Below, one piece after another: positions 37,951 through 48,339 of a stretch of DNA of 64,000 nt (position 1 is its first letter; each line of letters begins with the position of its first letter). The notes below the pieces were generated by a model that worked only from the letters and a program-made list of their open reading frames with translations, was not told where the DNA came from and made no database searches. The stretch covers positions 416,001 to 480,000 of the forward strand of contig CAVRJY010000002.1 in NCBI GenBank assembly GCA_963721805.1, in the 5' to 3' direction. The translations under genes and the position numbers were made by a program. This DNA comes from Nitrospirota bacterium (GTDB lineage Bacteria > Nitrospirota > Thermodesulfovibrionia > Thermodesulfovibrionales > JdFR-86).

Positions 37951-38261
37951 TCTAGGATTGACAGTTGGTGCATCTGCTGCCATGATGTACAAAATACGGG
38001 TGATATAAAGGTCTGGGGGGCCTGCCCGTTATTCTCAACTAGCACGCAGATAACCCCCTTTTTTGGCAGCTTGCCAGACAAAGTTGTTAGAAGGCGCCGG
38101 GGATGGGCCGGAGCCGGAGAAACGAGAAGGGATGAAAAGGAGAATGCGGGAGATGAAGATGCGGGGGGCTCACATGGATAGCGTCAGTTGTGGCGTGCCG
38201 TCGGCGACAGGTCAAGTGCTTTTCCCTGATAACTCTACGCGGATAAACTTCGGAGGTCATA

Positions 38262-40979
38262 ATGAAATTTAAGTTTTTGCTCGTCTTCGGTCTTGTCTTG
38301 CTGATTGCGACCGCGGCGACGGCCGCGACGCTGCCCGGCATCTCCAGCCTGGGCACATTGTCATACGGTGAGAACTTCAGGCCAACTGACGTTGCGGTCG
38401 CAGCAAACGGCGACGCTTATGTCACGGACTGGTTTAACAGGGCCGTCGACGTGTTTGACTACAAGGGCAATTTCATCATGAAGGTCAGCCCTGACAGGAA
38501 CCTTTATCCGGTCTCGGTCGCGGTCGACTCCGCCGGCAGGGTGTATGTCGGGCTGTCTAACATCTCGACTGGCTCCGATTCAGGCGCTGTCAAGGTATAC
38601 GACGCCAGCCTTGCGAATCCCGTCACCCTCGGCAGCGGCCTTCATTCCGTTTCATCCATAGCCGTCGATGCAGCGAAGGTGTACGTTGCCGATACCGCCG
38701 ACAACGCGGTCAGGATTTACAACATTAACACCCGGGCCCTGATTTCGAGCATAACCTCGGTAAGCACACCCGTAGCCGTTGCGGTCGCCCCCTCCGGGGA
38801 CATTGTCGTGCTCGACAGGCCTACCGTGGCGCTGGGCGACGGTAAAAGCTTCGGTTCAAGGGGCCGGATATTCGGAAGCAACGGCGCACTGAAGGCGACG
38901 CTGTTCTCCTATCTGCCTACTGACGTCGGTGACCCGGTCGTGACGGCCCCCGGCGGAGCGGTAGTCGACGGCCAGGGCCGCATCTACGTGAGCGATGCAA
39001 CGAGCGGCGAGATCCAGGTATATGACGCTACCGGCGCCTATGTCGGCAAGCTTGAGCTTGCCGCAATCACGCAAAACGGGAAGGCCAAAGGAATGGCGAT
39101 GGGCGCCGACGGACGGCTCCTCGTTGCGGAGCCCGGCGCGGTCCAGATACTGGGCGTCGACGCCTACGTCGCACTTGATGTGACGGGCGGCCCGCTCGAC
39201 TTCAGCGGCTCGGGCTGCAGCCCGAGCATCGCATCTCAGAACCTTACCGTGGTGAATAACGGCAGTGGCACACTCGCATGGAGCTCCTCTGCCGATTCAG
39301 CCTGGATACTGCCGTCTCCATCCTCAGGTTCGATCAACGGCAGCGGCAACGATACCATCGCGGTGTCTATTGACGCCTCGACGCTCAGCGCGGGTATGCA
39401 CACAGGTTATGTCATTGTCAGCGCCCCCGGAGCCCAGGTGAAGGTAAAGGTGACAGTGACGATAGCCTCTTCTACAGGCATCTCCACTTCGCCTTCGGCG
39501 ATCAGCCTCGTCGCTGACAGCGTATCGAGCTCGACCGCAAACCTGAGCCTCTCTGTCGACAACGGGGTCTCGTGGACCGCAAATGCCGACCAGACGTGGG
39601 TCCAGATCACGCCCGCAAGCGGCACCTCAAGCTGGATCATACAGATATCGGCGGATGCGAGCGGCAAGACGACCGGCACGTACCCCGCTAGCGTCACCCT
39701 GAGCGCTGACGGCTGCAGCGCCGATACGGTAATAGTCCCGGTCACGCTCAACGTAGTCATCGGAGCGACCATCAACGTAACTACCAACATCGCGGCCGGC
39801 AACTACACTATCACAGGCCCCGGAGTCCCGATTCCCCCCGGCCACGGCAGCAACTCCTATTCGGTAAGCGCCGGAACATACACCATAACATATGGCACGG
39901 TGAAGGGTTACAAGGCCCCGGACCCGGTCACTCAGACGCTGCCTGACGGCGGCGTGCTGAACGCTTCCGGCACATACCTGAGCCTCGCCCAGACGGATCA
40001 GATAATCGTCAGCAGGGGCAGCGGCGTCTGCTCTTCGGACGAGACGGAGGCCATAAAGGCCTTCACCGCCAGCGGCGCCCTCAAGGCGTCCTATAAGGAA
40101 TACGACGGGTGCGGCGCCGCCGGAGCGCGGGTGAGCGGCCTGTTGACCGCTGCCGGCATAATGAACGCGTTTGACGCCGCGGCAGACCTGGTCGTGGGCG
40201 GCATTGAAGGCAACCAGGCCAACGCATTCAGCGGCACCGGCCCCGGCATGAACGTGCTCAGCAGCAATATCGCATTCAGCGGCAATATCGGCTCGGTGGC
40301 CACCGGCGACCTCAACGGAGATGGCGTCTCCGAGATCGTCGTTGGCGAGGCCGCTGGCGGAGCCGGACGATTCACGATCTATACCGTATCCGGCAGCTCC
40401 GTTACAAACTCTACTGACTTCGACAGCGGTTGCGCCGCCCTCGGGGTCTCGGTAGCGGCCGGCGACGTTGACGGTGACGGCATCCCCGAAGTCATAACGG
40501 CCTGCGCCACCGGAAGCAACCCGGCCCCTGAGGCGACGATCTGGTGGCTCGATCCGTCTGATTTCGTGACGGTTACCAAGAGCGCGGAAGTCGCACTTGG
40601 CGCGACCATGGACGGCGTTCAGCTGACGACAGGCGACGTGGACGGCTTCGGCACCCCTCTGATAATCGCATCCACAGTTCCAAACGCCACGGTAAGCTCG
40701 GCTACTGTACAGATGATGGATTCAACCGGCGCAGTGAAGCATACGGTCAAGGTCGGCTCCGGCGCCATTGGCAGGAACGTCTCGGTCGCCTCCGGCGACG
40801 TCAACGCCGACGGCGTGGCCGAGGTGGCGATAGGCCGGCCTGCACAGAAAATGAACGGCATGGTCAGCATAATACGGATCACGGGCAACAGCGCAGTGAC
40901 TCTCAAGGCCTTCCGGCCGTTCGGCAGCACCAGGATACATGGAACCAGGGTGTCCATTGGAAAGGTGGTAGCACAGTGA
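38262..40979 (+). CDS. Secreted NHL-propeller / BACON (Ig-like) / FG-GAP repeat protein
   Basis: Signal peptide; NHL repeats (PTDVAVAANGDAYVTD, PVSVAVDSAGRVYV, VDGQGRIYVSD); two W..S/A...W BACON-like modules; four GDxNGDG-type repeats; GGAGG RBS. Confidence 0.85.
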   Translation: MKFKFLLVFGLVLLIATAATAATLPGISSLGTLSYGENFRPTDVAVAANGDAYVTDWFNRAVDVFDYKGNFIMKVSPDRNLYPVSVAVDSAGRVYVGLSNISTGSDSGAVKVYDASLANPVTLGSGLHSVSSIAVDAAKVYVADTADNAVRIYNINTRALISSITSVSTPVAVAVAPSGDIVVLDRPTVALGDGKSFGSRGRIFGSNGALKATLFSYLPTDVGDPVVTAPGGAVVDGQGRIYVSDATSGEIQVYDATGAYVGKLELAAITQNGKAKGMAMGADGRLLVAEPGAVQILGVDAYVALDVTGGPLDFSGSGCSPSIASQNLTVVNNGSGTLAWSSSADSAWILPSPSSGSINGSGNDTIAVSIDASTLSAGMHTGYVIVSAPGAQVKVKVTVTIASSTGISTSPSAISLVADSVSSSTANLSLSVDNGVSWTANADQTWVQITPASGTSSWIIQISADASGKTTGTYPASVTLSADGCSADTVIVPVTLNVVIGATINVTTNIAAGNYTITGPGVPIPPGHGSNSYSVSAGTYTITYGTVKGYKAPDPVTQTLPDGGVLNASGTYLSLAQTDQIIVSRGSGVCSSDETEAIKAFTASGALKASYKEYDGCGAAGARVSGLLTAAGIMNAFDAAADLVVGGIEGNQANAFSGTGPGMNVLSSNIAFSGNIGSVATGDLNGDGVSEIVVGEAAGGAGRFTIYTVSGSSVTNSTDFDSGCAALGVSVAAGDVDGDGIPEVITACATGSNPAPEATIWWLDPSDFVTVTKSAEVALGATMDGVQLTTGDVDGFGTPLIIASTVPNATVSSATVQMMDSTGAVKHTVKVGSGAIGRNVSVASGDVNADGVAEVAIGRPAQKMNGMVSIIRITGNSAVTLKAFRPFGSTRIHGTRVSIGKVVAQ

Positions 40980-43900
40980 GAGGGGGATACTGGATCATGC
41001 CACGGAGCAGTTTCAACATGATAAGGCTGTTTCTGCTTTCAGCCGTTTTAACAGCCGCAGCGCTCGGCGTTGCCGGGACAGCCTTTGCGGTGCTGGACCC
41101 GCCGCACTCCAGGCTGGGCAGCTGCAGCGCATGCCACAATAATGCAGCGCAGAATGTCGCAAGCTACGGCAGCATAGACAACTCGCCGCTTAACCTGATG
41201 TGCATGTCCTGCCACGGCGTCAGTGCGCCGGAGATGATCACGCACTCGTCGAGGCAGGCCATAAACTACGAAAATAACAGGTTCGGTCCCTGGACCTGGG
41301 AGTGCGTGGATTGCCATAACCCCCACAACATGGACCAGGCCAGGCGGTATCCGGGCACTTACGCATCCGGCGGTTCGGCGCTGTATAACGGCCTGGTGGC
41401 CACGGTGCGCGACGGCGCTGCGAACCGGGTCGCTGTCAAAGGACCCGTCACGAGCCTGGCCGCGGATTCGCTGGTAGGGTATATTATCGAGTTCGGCACG
41501 GGCAAGGCGTTATCAAACAGCGGGACGTATTATATTATCGCGCACAACAACGGGGACGTCATTACTGTCGCTGATGCCGGTACTTTTATCAAGTCGCCCT
41601 ATGTCGTCGCAGGCCACTCTTACGCCATCAGCAACACGGTCCTGATCAAAACCGTCATCGACAGGGGCTATCCGGTGGTCAACTCCGAGGGCGTAGTGAT
41701 CGGGCCCGAGTACCCGGACGTGAAGTACTTTAATACCGCAGGGGCCCATTCCGGCGCCGACGCCGCCAATATGACGACGTCCCTCTGCGTCGTATGTCAC
41801 ACGAAGACCGAGCACAACAACATCGGCTATGAGATCGCGAAGTCCCAGCCCGGCGGCAGCGGCAACGACTACAACGCCGCTTACGCCAACTCCGCCTCGT
41901 ACGCGCACCCTACGTCGAACGGCGCGAGCTGCTCGGCCACCGAGTGCCACTATAATGCTGCCGGAGGCCTGGTAGTGCGCTGCACCCAGTGCCACGGCTA
42001 TTTCATGCTCGACAACGGCGGCCTCGTCAACACGGACGGAAGCGGCAACTCCAGCGCGACGGGGGTGGGGTCCGTCTTCGGCGTAAACGCCATCGGCGCC
42101 CACCCGACTCACCTTGTCAAATACGGTGAAATGGGCAAATGCGACATCTGCCACACCGGCGGCATGTATGACAGCGGCCTTGCGGACAGCTATATAGACA
42201 TCGGGTTTAACGCCACTACGGCTGGCATGTCAGCGCCGGGCAAGTTGGGCACGGGTTACTTCAGCCGGGACGCCGCCGCCTGGGGCATTACAAACGGTTA
42301 TGCAGTCATCGGCATGGCCAACATCGGTGGCGACAACGGCTGTGAGAGCCTTTACTGCCACAGCAACGGCATGCCTATCGACGCGTCTACCATTTACAGG
42401 CCGAAGAACTGGTTTACGGGCACCACTGTATGCGACTCCTGCCACGGCGACAAGGCCGATCCGTCAACGATGTCGACAGCGCATTCCATACACCTTGTCA
42501 ACGGCACAATCGACAGCGGCATCACGTGTTACAACTGTCACCACGACACTGTCAGCACCGCAAAAAACAGTTATGTCGAGGACGACCTTGCGGCAGGCAC
42601 AAAGCACGTAAACGGCACCCGTGACATAGTAAACGGGGGTTCGTTTGACAACGCTTCCGGCATCAGCTGCACGGTCAGCTTCATAAAGGTGAGCGGCGGC
42701 GACGGTGTGACCCCGACCTCCTGTTCGACCGTCAGCTGCCACAGCGGCACCGGAATCGGCGACCCAAGCATCACCGCCACCTGGAGCAATTCCTCAAGCT
42801 CCGACTTCTGCTCCCTCTGCCACTCGGATATCTACGGCCGCATGCATGGCGCGGCCGCGCACAAGCACAACATGGTCCTCAACGCAAGCGACGCCGACGC
42901 ATATCCTTCGCTTCCTGACACGTCCTGCCTGCAGTGCCATGAGAAGCACTCCGACAGGGCAGCCAGCGGCAACGGCAGGTCATTCAACCTCCGCCTGAGC
43001 AACACCGCGGCGCCAAGCGCGGTCAGCAACACCGACTACCACCCCGAAGACGCAAGCGGCGGTATCTGTCTTAGCTGCCACCAGGACCGTCAGGCAGGCA
43101 ACGGCGTAGCGCTGCCCCCCATCCCCAAGGCGGACGCGGTAGCCAATGGCGCCGTGCACATGTATGCGGTGGGGAGCACCTTCAAGGACGGCTCGCAACT
43201 CGGTGCGGTCTGCGTGAAGTGCCACAGCGAAAACGGCACGGCAACGTCTCCCGTCAGCTCGTTTGGCGCACAGACGGGCACCTTTAAGTTCGCCCCGCAT
43301 CAGGGCCCCCAGCAGTCGCTGCTCATCAATAACGCCAACACGAACCCCGACGCGGCCTGTATCATGTGCCACACCTCCGGGACCGATTACTACAACAACC
43401 TGAGCGCACCGGCCGTCTCGGCTCTGCTCAACTCCGGAGCGGTGAACAATGGCCTGGGCGCATTCACCTCGGGCCACCCGGTCGGCGGCGCGTACGCGGC
43501 CAACCGCATCGTTAACTCGATCGACCTGGCGGCTGGTTCGGTTAACCCTGCATCGGGCAGGTTCGTCTCCTGCGCCGACTGCCACAACGTTCACGCCACG
43601 CAGCGCAGCCCGCGCAGCGAGAGCGGCATCGTTATGGGCGACCAGTCAGACGCGGCGCACCAGTACCTGACTGATGCGAAACTGACCCTCGCCAATACCG
43701 CATGGGGTGCGGACAGGTGGAAGGGCTACCTGATCGTAATGACGACGGCCTCGGGCGGCGGCCTCGTGGACACGAGGTTCGTGCGCCAGGTGACCGGCAG
43801 CACCACGGACGGCACCGGAACGAAATTCACCTTCGGCCTGCCGTTTACGGACAAGGCCAGCTACGTCGGCCTGGACTGGAAGTATGAGGTCAGGAAACTC

Positions 43901-46900
43901 GACGGCTCGGCTGACCTGGGCACGAACGGCGCATGGGGCGTGCAGGTCGTCTACGCCGATGGCGCTGCCAAGGCTACCGCACCGGCCAACGATACCTTCG
44001 GGCTGAACTACACAGGCGCAGCGACCTCCAGCGCCAGCGCGGCCAACTCCAACACTGTCATTGGCGGCACGTTCAGCGCTACGCAGAACCTCAGGGGCAT
44101 GACCCTCTTTGCCAACAGCGGCCCCTGCGGCCCTGCTACAACGGTCGTCGGCGGGCAGACTATAGTCACGGCCGTCGGCTCGCAATATGCAATCCTGGAC
44201 AGCGACGCCACTTCAGTCACGGTCCCCGGTATAACCGGTTGCACGCCTGCGGCCGGTGCGGGCACCACCTACCAGATCCTGGACCTCTACAATAACGTGC
44301 TGGACTCCGGCGCCTGTGACACCGCGAGCGTCTCTGACCCGTCTGCATCGCAGAAGCTTTATCCGGCCCAGCCGGTGCAGACCATCAGCACCGGTAACGC
44401 CGGGTGCGCGGATTCGACCAAAAACTGGGTGTACGGCAAGTGGGCAGGCTACAAGTTCCACTGGACCGGCGGCGCATGCGCAAACAAGGGCCAGGACGAG
44501 ATAGTCGACTGGAGCCTTACGAATGCCGTTGCCTTCAGCCAGAAGACGACCGCGAAGTGCGCGATGAATGCCGGCGATGCCTATCTGGTCGCCGGGACCG
44601 TCGTGAGCGACAACTTCGTCAACCCTGTACCGGGCGCCGACGCGACCTACACCAAGGTCGCAAACGCCGCTAATCAGCGTGACGTATGCATGAAGTGCCA
44701 CAGCTACTACGCCTTCGGCAACACGGACTATCCCGCACTCGTAAGCGGCGGGCCAAGCAGGGGCAACTTTACCTGGGAGGGCACGGGCACTGACATTGCC
44801 CTGGAATTCAACCCGAACAACCTGGCCCACCACGCGGTTTACGCGGTCGGCAAAAACCAGCCACTGCCGACTGACGGCTCGGCGCTCGATACCGTTCCCA
44901 GCGGCCGCATGACGCTATCGAAGGTGACCGCCAAGTTCGCGCGGCAGCTCAACCCTCAGTGGTTCGGCGTCGACCCCGCCATATGGACGTGGGCCGGCAC
45001 CGCCTCGGGCGGGGTGGTTACGCTCACCACGGGCACACTCCCGAACAACGCCATGCCTGGCTGGTACGTCAGAACGTCAGGCGGCAACTGGTATCAGATC
45101 ACCCAGGTGACGGACGCCACCCACTTCAACGCGGCTGCCACCAACGGCAACCCGTGGGATGGCGGTGCGACCCCGATCCCCGACGGCTCGATCGGCATGG
45201 TCACCGCAGGCCTGGGCGACACGTTCGTCCCGCCATACGGGCCGTGGGCTCAGATCAATTGTTCCGATTGCCACGGCGGCACGCCTGAAGACCCGCAGGG
45301 CCCTCACGTCTCCGCCAACCGCTGGATCATGAAGGAGGCCGACGCCGAACTCAGGTTCGAAGGCATGGACACCATCGACACCGCTGGCGGCCACTCCTCC
45401 TATAACCCCGGCGTTAAGATAATCAAGTACGGCCAGATCTCGTATACGAGGCCCGGTGCTGCCGGCACCGTCCCCGAGAACGACGACACCGAGCTCCTGC
45501 CGCAGTACGTATGCTACAACTGCCACAGGGCCGACGTATACGGCACGGCCGAGGACGAGGGCTCAAGCAACTCCGAGAATTTCTCGGCTAGCGGACCGCT
45601 CAATGATTTCAACAACCTGTACGCCTACAAGGAGGGACCGAGGAACAACAAGCTCTCCAGGCAGCCACACGGCGCATCGGTCCTGTACGGCACGGCCCAC
45701 TGCCAGATCCCGACGCAGAAGTTCGGCACGTGGGGCATATTCTGCAAGAACTGCCACCTTGGCGAGCGCATGGGCGCGGTGCACGGCACCAACGGCCTCA
45801 ACAACACGCCGGACTCGTCGATGAGCGCGGACGGGAATCCTGACTACGACTCCAACCCGATCGGGATAGTAAGGGCCACCTCCTGCGTAAACAACGGGAC
45901 GGACTTAAATACCAGCTGCGCGGCCCCTGTTGCAGCGCTTGCCACCCCGTATGGCGGCGACCACTCGCTGATCGGATTTAGCATGCGGTTTAACGAGGAC
46001 ACCGCCAACAACTGTTACGCCACTACCCCGGCCGTCATTGACAATATCGGTAACACGATATATTTCAAGACCGTGGACAAGACCAAGCTGGGCTGCACTC
46101 CCACAACCAGCTCCACGTTCAACCTCTATGACCGCGGCCTAATCAATCCCGCGACGGGTGATTACACTGGCGTGACCCCTGCATACAACGGTACGTGCGA
46201 TCAGGCTACAACCGGCGTGTCGGTCTGCAACACGTCGTCGCTTGCCGACCAGACCGTTAACAAATACGCCGGCTACGTCCTGCAGTACACTAACGGGGCA
46301 TGTAACGGCATAAACGCGCTTGTCACGGGCAACACGAAAAGCGGAAGTAATGCGGTGCTCGCCGTAGGCGCTGTCAACGGCACGCTCTGTGTGCCGCGCA
46401 GTGGAGGTTATCCTGACGACGGTCTTGTCAGCCTGAGCAGCGTGTTCGGCAAGTGCACGAACTCAATCGACTACGGTGACGGAGTCATGGGGATCTACAA
46501 CTGTGTGGACGTCACGAAGAACTTCGGCGGAGCCTCGGGGGACAATGCCCTGGTTGGCCAATATATAGCGATTATCAGCCTCACGACCGCAACCGCCACC
46601 CCCGCATGTCTGGGCCAGCCCCTGCGGGTCATGGGCAACCTCTACAACAGCCTACTCGTCAACGGGTTGGACGGCAACGGCGGGCTTTGCAACGTTGCCG
46701 CGGCTACAAATTACAGCTTTGTCGGAGCCAACCGGACGAGCATCACCAAGGGCGGCCATATCTCGAAGAACCAGGGAAAGAGGTTCCTCAACGGCGGAGG
46801 CTGGAGCGGCTGGGACAACGTGAACAACCTTAAGGCTCTCGATAGGGCCGGTACCAACTACCAGGGCGCCTGCTATGTCACGGCGGCCACGAACAACAAC

Positions 46901-47020
46901 GTCTCCAACTGCGGCAGTGCGCACGGGGCTGATAATTCGAACGTTAGCGGCGCAGTTGGCGGCCACGGCGGCTTCTCGACGTATGCCAACCCTGCGACTT
47001 ACGACTATGACGCCAACTAG
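40976..47020 (+). CDS. Giant secreted multiheme c-type cytochrome (18 CxxCH + 3 CxxxxCH)
   Basis: Signal peptide ending AFA; motifs counted in the translation; GTGA overlap with the upstream gene. Confidence 0.92.
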   Translation: MRGGYWIMPRSSFNMIRLFLLSAVLTAAALGVAGTAFAVLDPPHSRLGSCSACHNNAAQNVASYGSIDNSPLNLMCMSCHGVSAPEMITHSSRQAINYENNRFGPWTWECVDCHNPHNMDQARRYPGTYASGGSALYNGLVATVRDGAANRVAVKGPVTSLAADSLVGYIIEFGTGKALSNSGTYYIIAHNNGDVITVADAGTFIKSPYVVAGHSYAISNTVLIKTVIDRGYPVVNSEGVVIGPEYPDVKYFNTAGAHSGADAANMTTSLCVVCHTKTEHNNIGYEIAKSQPGGSGNDYNAAYANSASYAHPTSNGASCSATECHYNAAGGLVVRCTQCHGYFMLDNGGLVNTDGSGNSSATGVGSVFGVNAIGAHPTHLVKYGEMGKCDICHTGGMYDSGLADSYIDIGFNATTAGMSAPGKLGTGYFSRDAAAWGITNGYAVIGMANIGGDNGCESLYCHSNGMPIDASTIYRPKNWFTGTTVCDSCHGDKADPSTMSTAHSIHLVNGTIDSGITCYNCHHDTVSTAKNSYVEDDLAAGTKHVNGTRDIVNGGSFDNASGISCTVSFIKVSGGDGVTPTSCSTVSCHSGTGIGDPSITATWSNSSSSDFCSLCHSDIYGRMHGAAAHKHNMVLNASDADAYPSLPDTSCLQCHEKHSDRAASGNGRSFNLRLSNTAAPSAVSNTDYHPEDASGGICLSCHQDRQAGNGVALPPIPKADAVANGAVHMYAVGSTFKDGSQLGAVCVKCHSENGTATSPVSSFGAQTGTFKFAPHQGPQQSLLINNANTNPDAACIMCHTSGTDYYNNLSAPAVSALLNSGAVNNGLGAFTSGHPVGGAYAANRIVNSIDLAAGSVNPASGRFVSCADCHNVHATQRSPRSESGIVMGDQSDAAHQYLTDAKLTLANTAWGADRWKGYLIVMTTASGGGLVDTRFVRQVTGSTTDGTGTKFTFGLPFTDKASYVGLDWKYEVRKLDGSADLGTNGAWGVQVVYADGAAKATAPANDTFGLNYTGAATSSASAANSNTVIGGTFSATQNLRGMTLFANSGPCGPATTVVGGQTIVTAVGSQYAILDSDATSVTVPGITGCTPAAGAGTTYQILDLYNNVLDSGACDTASVSDPSASQKLYPAQPVQTISTGNAGCADSTKNWVYGKWAGYKFHWTGGACANKGQDEIVDWSLTNAVAFSQKTTAKCAMNAGDAYLVAGTVVSDNFVNPVPGADATYTKVANAANQRDVCMKCHSYYAFGNTDYPALVSGGPSRGNFTWEGTGTDIALEFNPNNLAHHAVYAVGKNQPLPTDGSALDTVPSGRMTLSKVTAKFARQLNPQWFGVDPAIWTWAGTASGGVVTLTTGTLPNNAMPGWYVRTSGGNWYQITQVTDATHFNAAATNGNPWDGGATPIPDGSIGMVTAGLGDTFVPPYGPWAQINCSDCHGGTPEDPQGPHVSANRWIMKEADAELRFEGMDTIDTAGGHSSYNPGVKIIKYGQISYTRPGAAGTVPENDDTELLPQYVCYNCHRADVYGTAEDEGSSNSENFSASGPLNDFNNLYAYKEGPRNNKLSRQPHGASVLYGTAHCQIPTQKFGTWGIFCKNCHLGERMGAVHGTNGLNNTPDSSMSADGNPDYDSNPIGIVRATSCVNNGTDLNTSCAAPVAALATPYGGDHSLIGFSMRFNEDTANNCYATTPAVIDNIGNTIYFKTVDKTKLGCTPTTSSTFNLYDRGLINPATGDYTGVTPAYNGTCDQATTGVSVCNTSSLADQTVNKYAGYVLQYTNGACNGINALVTGNTKSGSNAVLAVGAVNGTLCVPRSGGYPDDGLVSLSSVFGKCTNSIDYGDGVMGIYNCVDVTKNFGGASGDNALVGQYIAIISLTTATATPACLGQPLRVMGNLYNSLLVNGLDGNGGLCNVAAATNYSFVGANRTSITKGGHISKNQGKRFLNGGGWSGWDNVNNLKALDRAGTNYQGACYVTAATNNNVSNCGSAHGADNSNVSGAVGGHGGFSTYANPATYDYDAN

Positions 47021-47039
47021 GTCGTAGCCGCGCACCAAA

Positions 47040-47084
47040 TGCGCAGGCGCTGGACGGGCTCCTGGCCCGCCTAGCGCCTGCGCA
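47040..47084. other. Strong stem-loop just after the cytochrome stop codon
   Basis: TGCGCAGGCGCT...AGCGCCTGCGCA arms, no clear U-tract. Confidence 0.55.
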
Positions 47085-47269
47085 TACATAAAGTAAAATC
47101 AGCTTCCCTGTAATTTTTTGCATGGACTCCATCTCGACTCCGTAAACAGCGAGCTTGCAAGGCTAAAAATGAAATCCACATCAGGGCCGCCCAAAGCATT
47201 TCAGACTACATATTGATATATCTATGGGGGCGGTTGGCCCCGCCCCTTGGAAAAGGTGCCCGTGGCACC

Positions 47270-47345
47270 CCGATGGCGTACTTTGACGTACATAGAGGCC
47301 GAGTCTTTGAAGCCCAGCGCAGTATCGAACGATTTGGCGCGTTTT
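47270..47345 (-). repeat. Long-hairpin repeat copy B (5' half only)
   Basis: Minus strand AAAACGCGCCAAATCGTTCGATACTGCGCTGGGCTTCAAAGACTCGGCCTCTATGTACGTCAAAGTACGCCATCGG, then similarity stops. Confidence 0.88.
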
Positions 47346-47420
47346 GAAGAAAGGCCTCGTTGCCAGCCAGGGGATTAGGCGATATACTTAGGTTAGAGAG
47401 TGAAAACTAGGAGGTTACTA

Positions 47421-47861
47421 ATGGCAAAGTTGATTGTAGTGGCAGACATGGGACACTTCAAGGCATACAAGCTGACACATGAGATTCAGGAGAGCCCGCA
47501 CCTCGAGCTCGTCAGCAGCATCGACAACATCGGCGCGCACGGCAAGATGTCCGAGAAGGTCACGGACGGCGCAGGCAGGTTCTCGGAGAGCGGCGCCAAG
47601 GCCGGAGCTGCAAGGGGATACGGGGAGCCGCACAGCGCCGAAACCGAGGGCCGTAAGCGGGGGATAGAACTGCTCGCCGGTGAGATAGGCAGATTAGTAA
47701 AAAGCGAGGGAGTCGCGATATGGCATCTCGCGGCCGCAAAGTCGATAAACAGCCAGCTCGTAGAGAGCCTCGACGAGGACGCGAAGGCGAAGCTCAGGAA
47801 AAACCTTACCTCGGACCTGACTAATACGCCGCCCTCGGAGCTCCTTGCACACTTTGCCTGA
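47421..47861 (+). CDS. Host attachment family (baeRF1-like) protein
   Basis: LIVVADMGHFKAY, VTDGAGRF, DLT C-terminal pattern; AGGAGG RBS. Confidence 0.7.
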   Translation: MAKLIVVADMGHFKAYKLTHEIQESPHLELVSSIDNIGAHGKMSEKVTDGAGRFSESGAKAGAARGYGEPHSAETEGRKRGIELLAGEIGRLVKSEGVAIWHLAAAKSINSQLVESLDEDAKAKLRKNLTSDLTNTPPSELLAHFA

Positions 47862-47868
47862 ACGCGGC

Positions 47869-48339
47869 TCAGGCCCTGAGCGCCTTAAGCAGGGCGGCCT
47901 CGACCGCACGCATCCTGCGTGCCTTCGATGGCCCGGCCTCGTGGTCGTGGCCGATGAGGTGCAGCAGGCCGTGCACGAGCAGCTCGCGCATGCGCTCGCG
48001 CGGCGGGATCCCGGCCTCCGCGGCCTGTGCCTCGGCGACCTCCGGGCAGATTACGATATCGCCCAGAAGGTATGCGCCCTCGCGCGGAAAGTCCTTGGGC
48101 GAGGCATGTACCGGGAACGAGAGCACGTCGGTGGGGCGGTCGGTATCGCGGTACGTGCGGTTAAGCGACCTGATGCCCGCGCGGCCCGCAAGGTGGATGT
48201 CGAGCTCGGCCCGGACGAGCCCGAGCGCGCGCATGAGCGTGAGGGCATCGCGCTTAAGCCCGCTATGCGAAGGCCTTTTCTTCCTTAGGCTGCTGCGGAC
48301 CCTTGCCGTCACCGTTGCCTCCCCCGCCGTCTTCGCCAT
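47869..48339 (-). CDS. ybeY: rRNA maturation endoribonuclease YbeY
   Basis: LNRTYR, PTDVLSF, LGDIVI, HGLLHLIGHDH. Confidence 0.95.
   Translation of the reverse strand: MAKTAGEATVTARVRSSLRKKRPSHSGLKRDALTLMRALGLVRAELDIHLAGRAGIRSLNRTYRDTDRPTDVLSFPVHASPKDFPREGAYLLGDIVICPEVAEAQAAEAGIPPRERMRELLVHGLLHLIGHDHEAGPSKARRMRAVEAALLKALRA

Noticed and set aside
37950..38261. Cyclic dinucleotide (GEMM-I) riboswitch upstream of the cytochrome operon
   Set aside because: Could not find the GGCAAAC..GAAA..GACGCAAA core by eye; an Rfam scan would be decisive.
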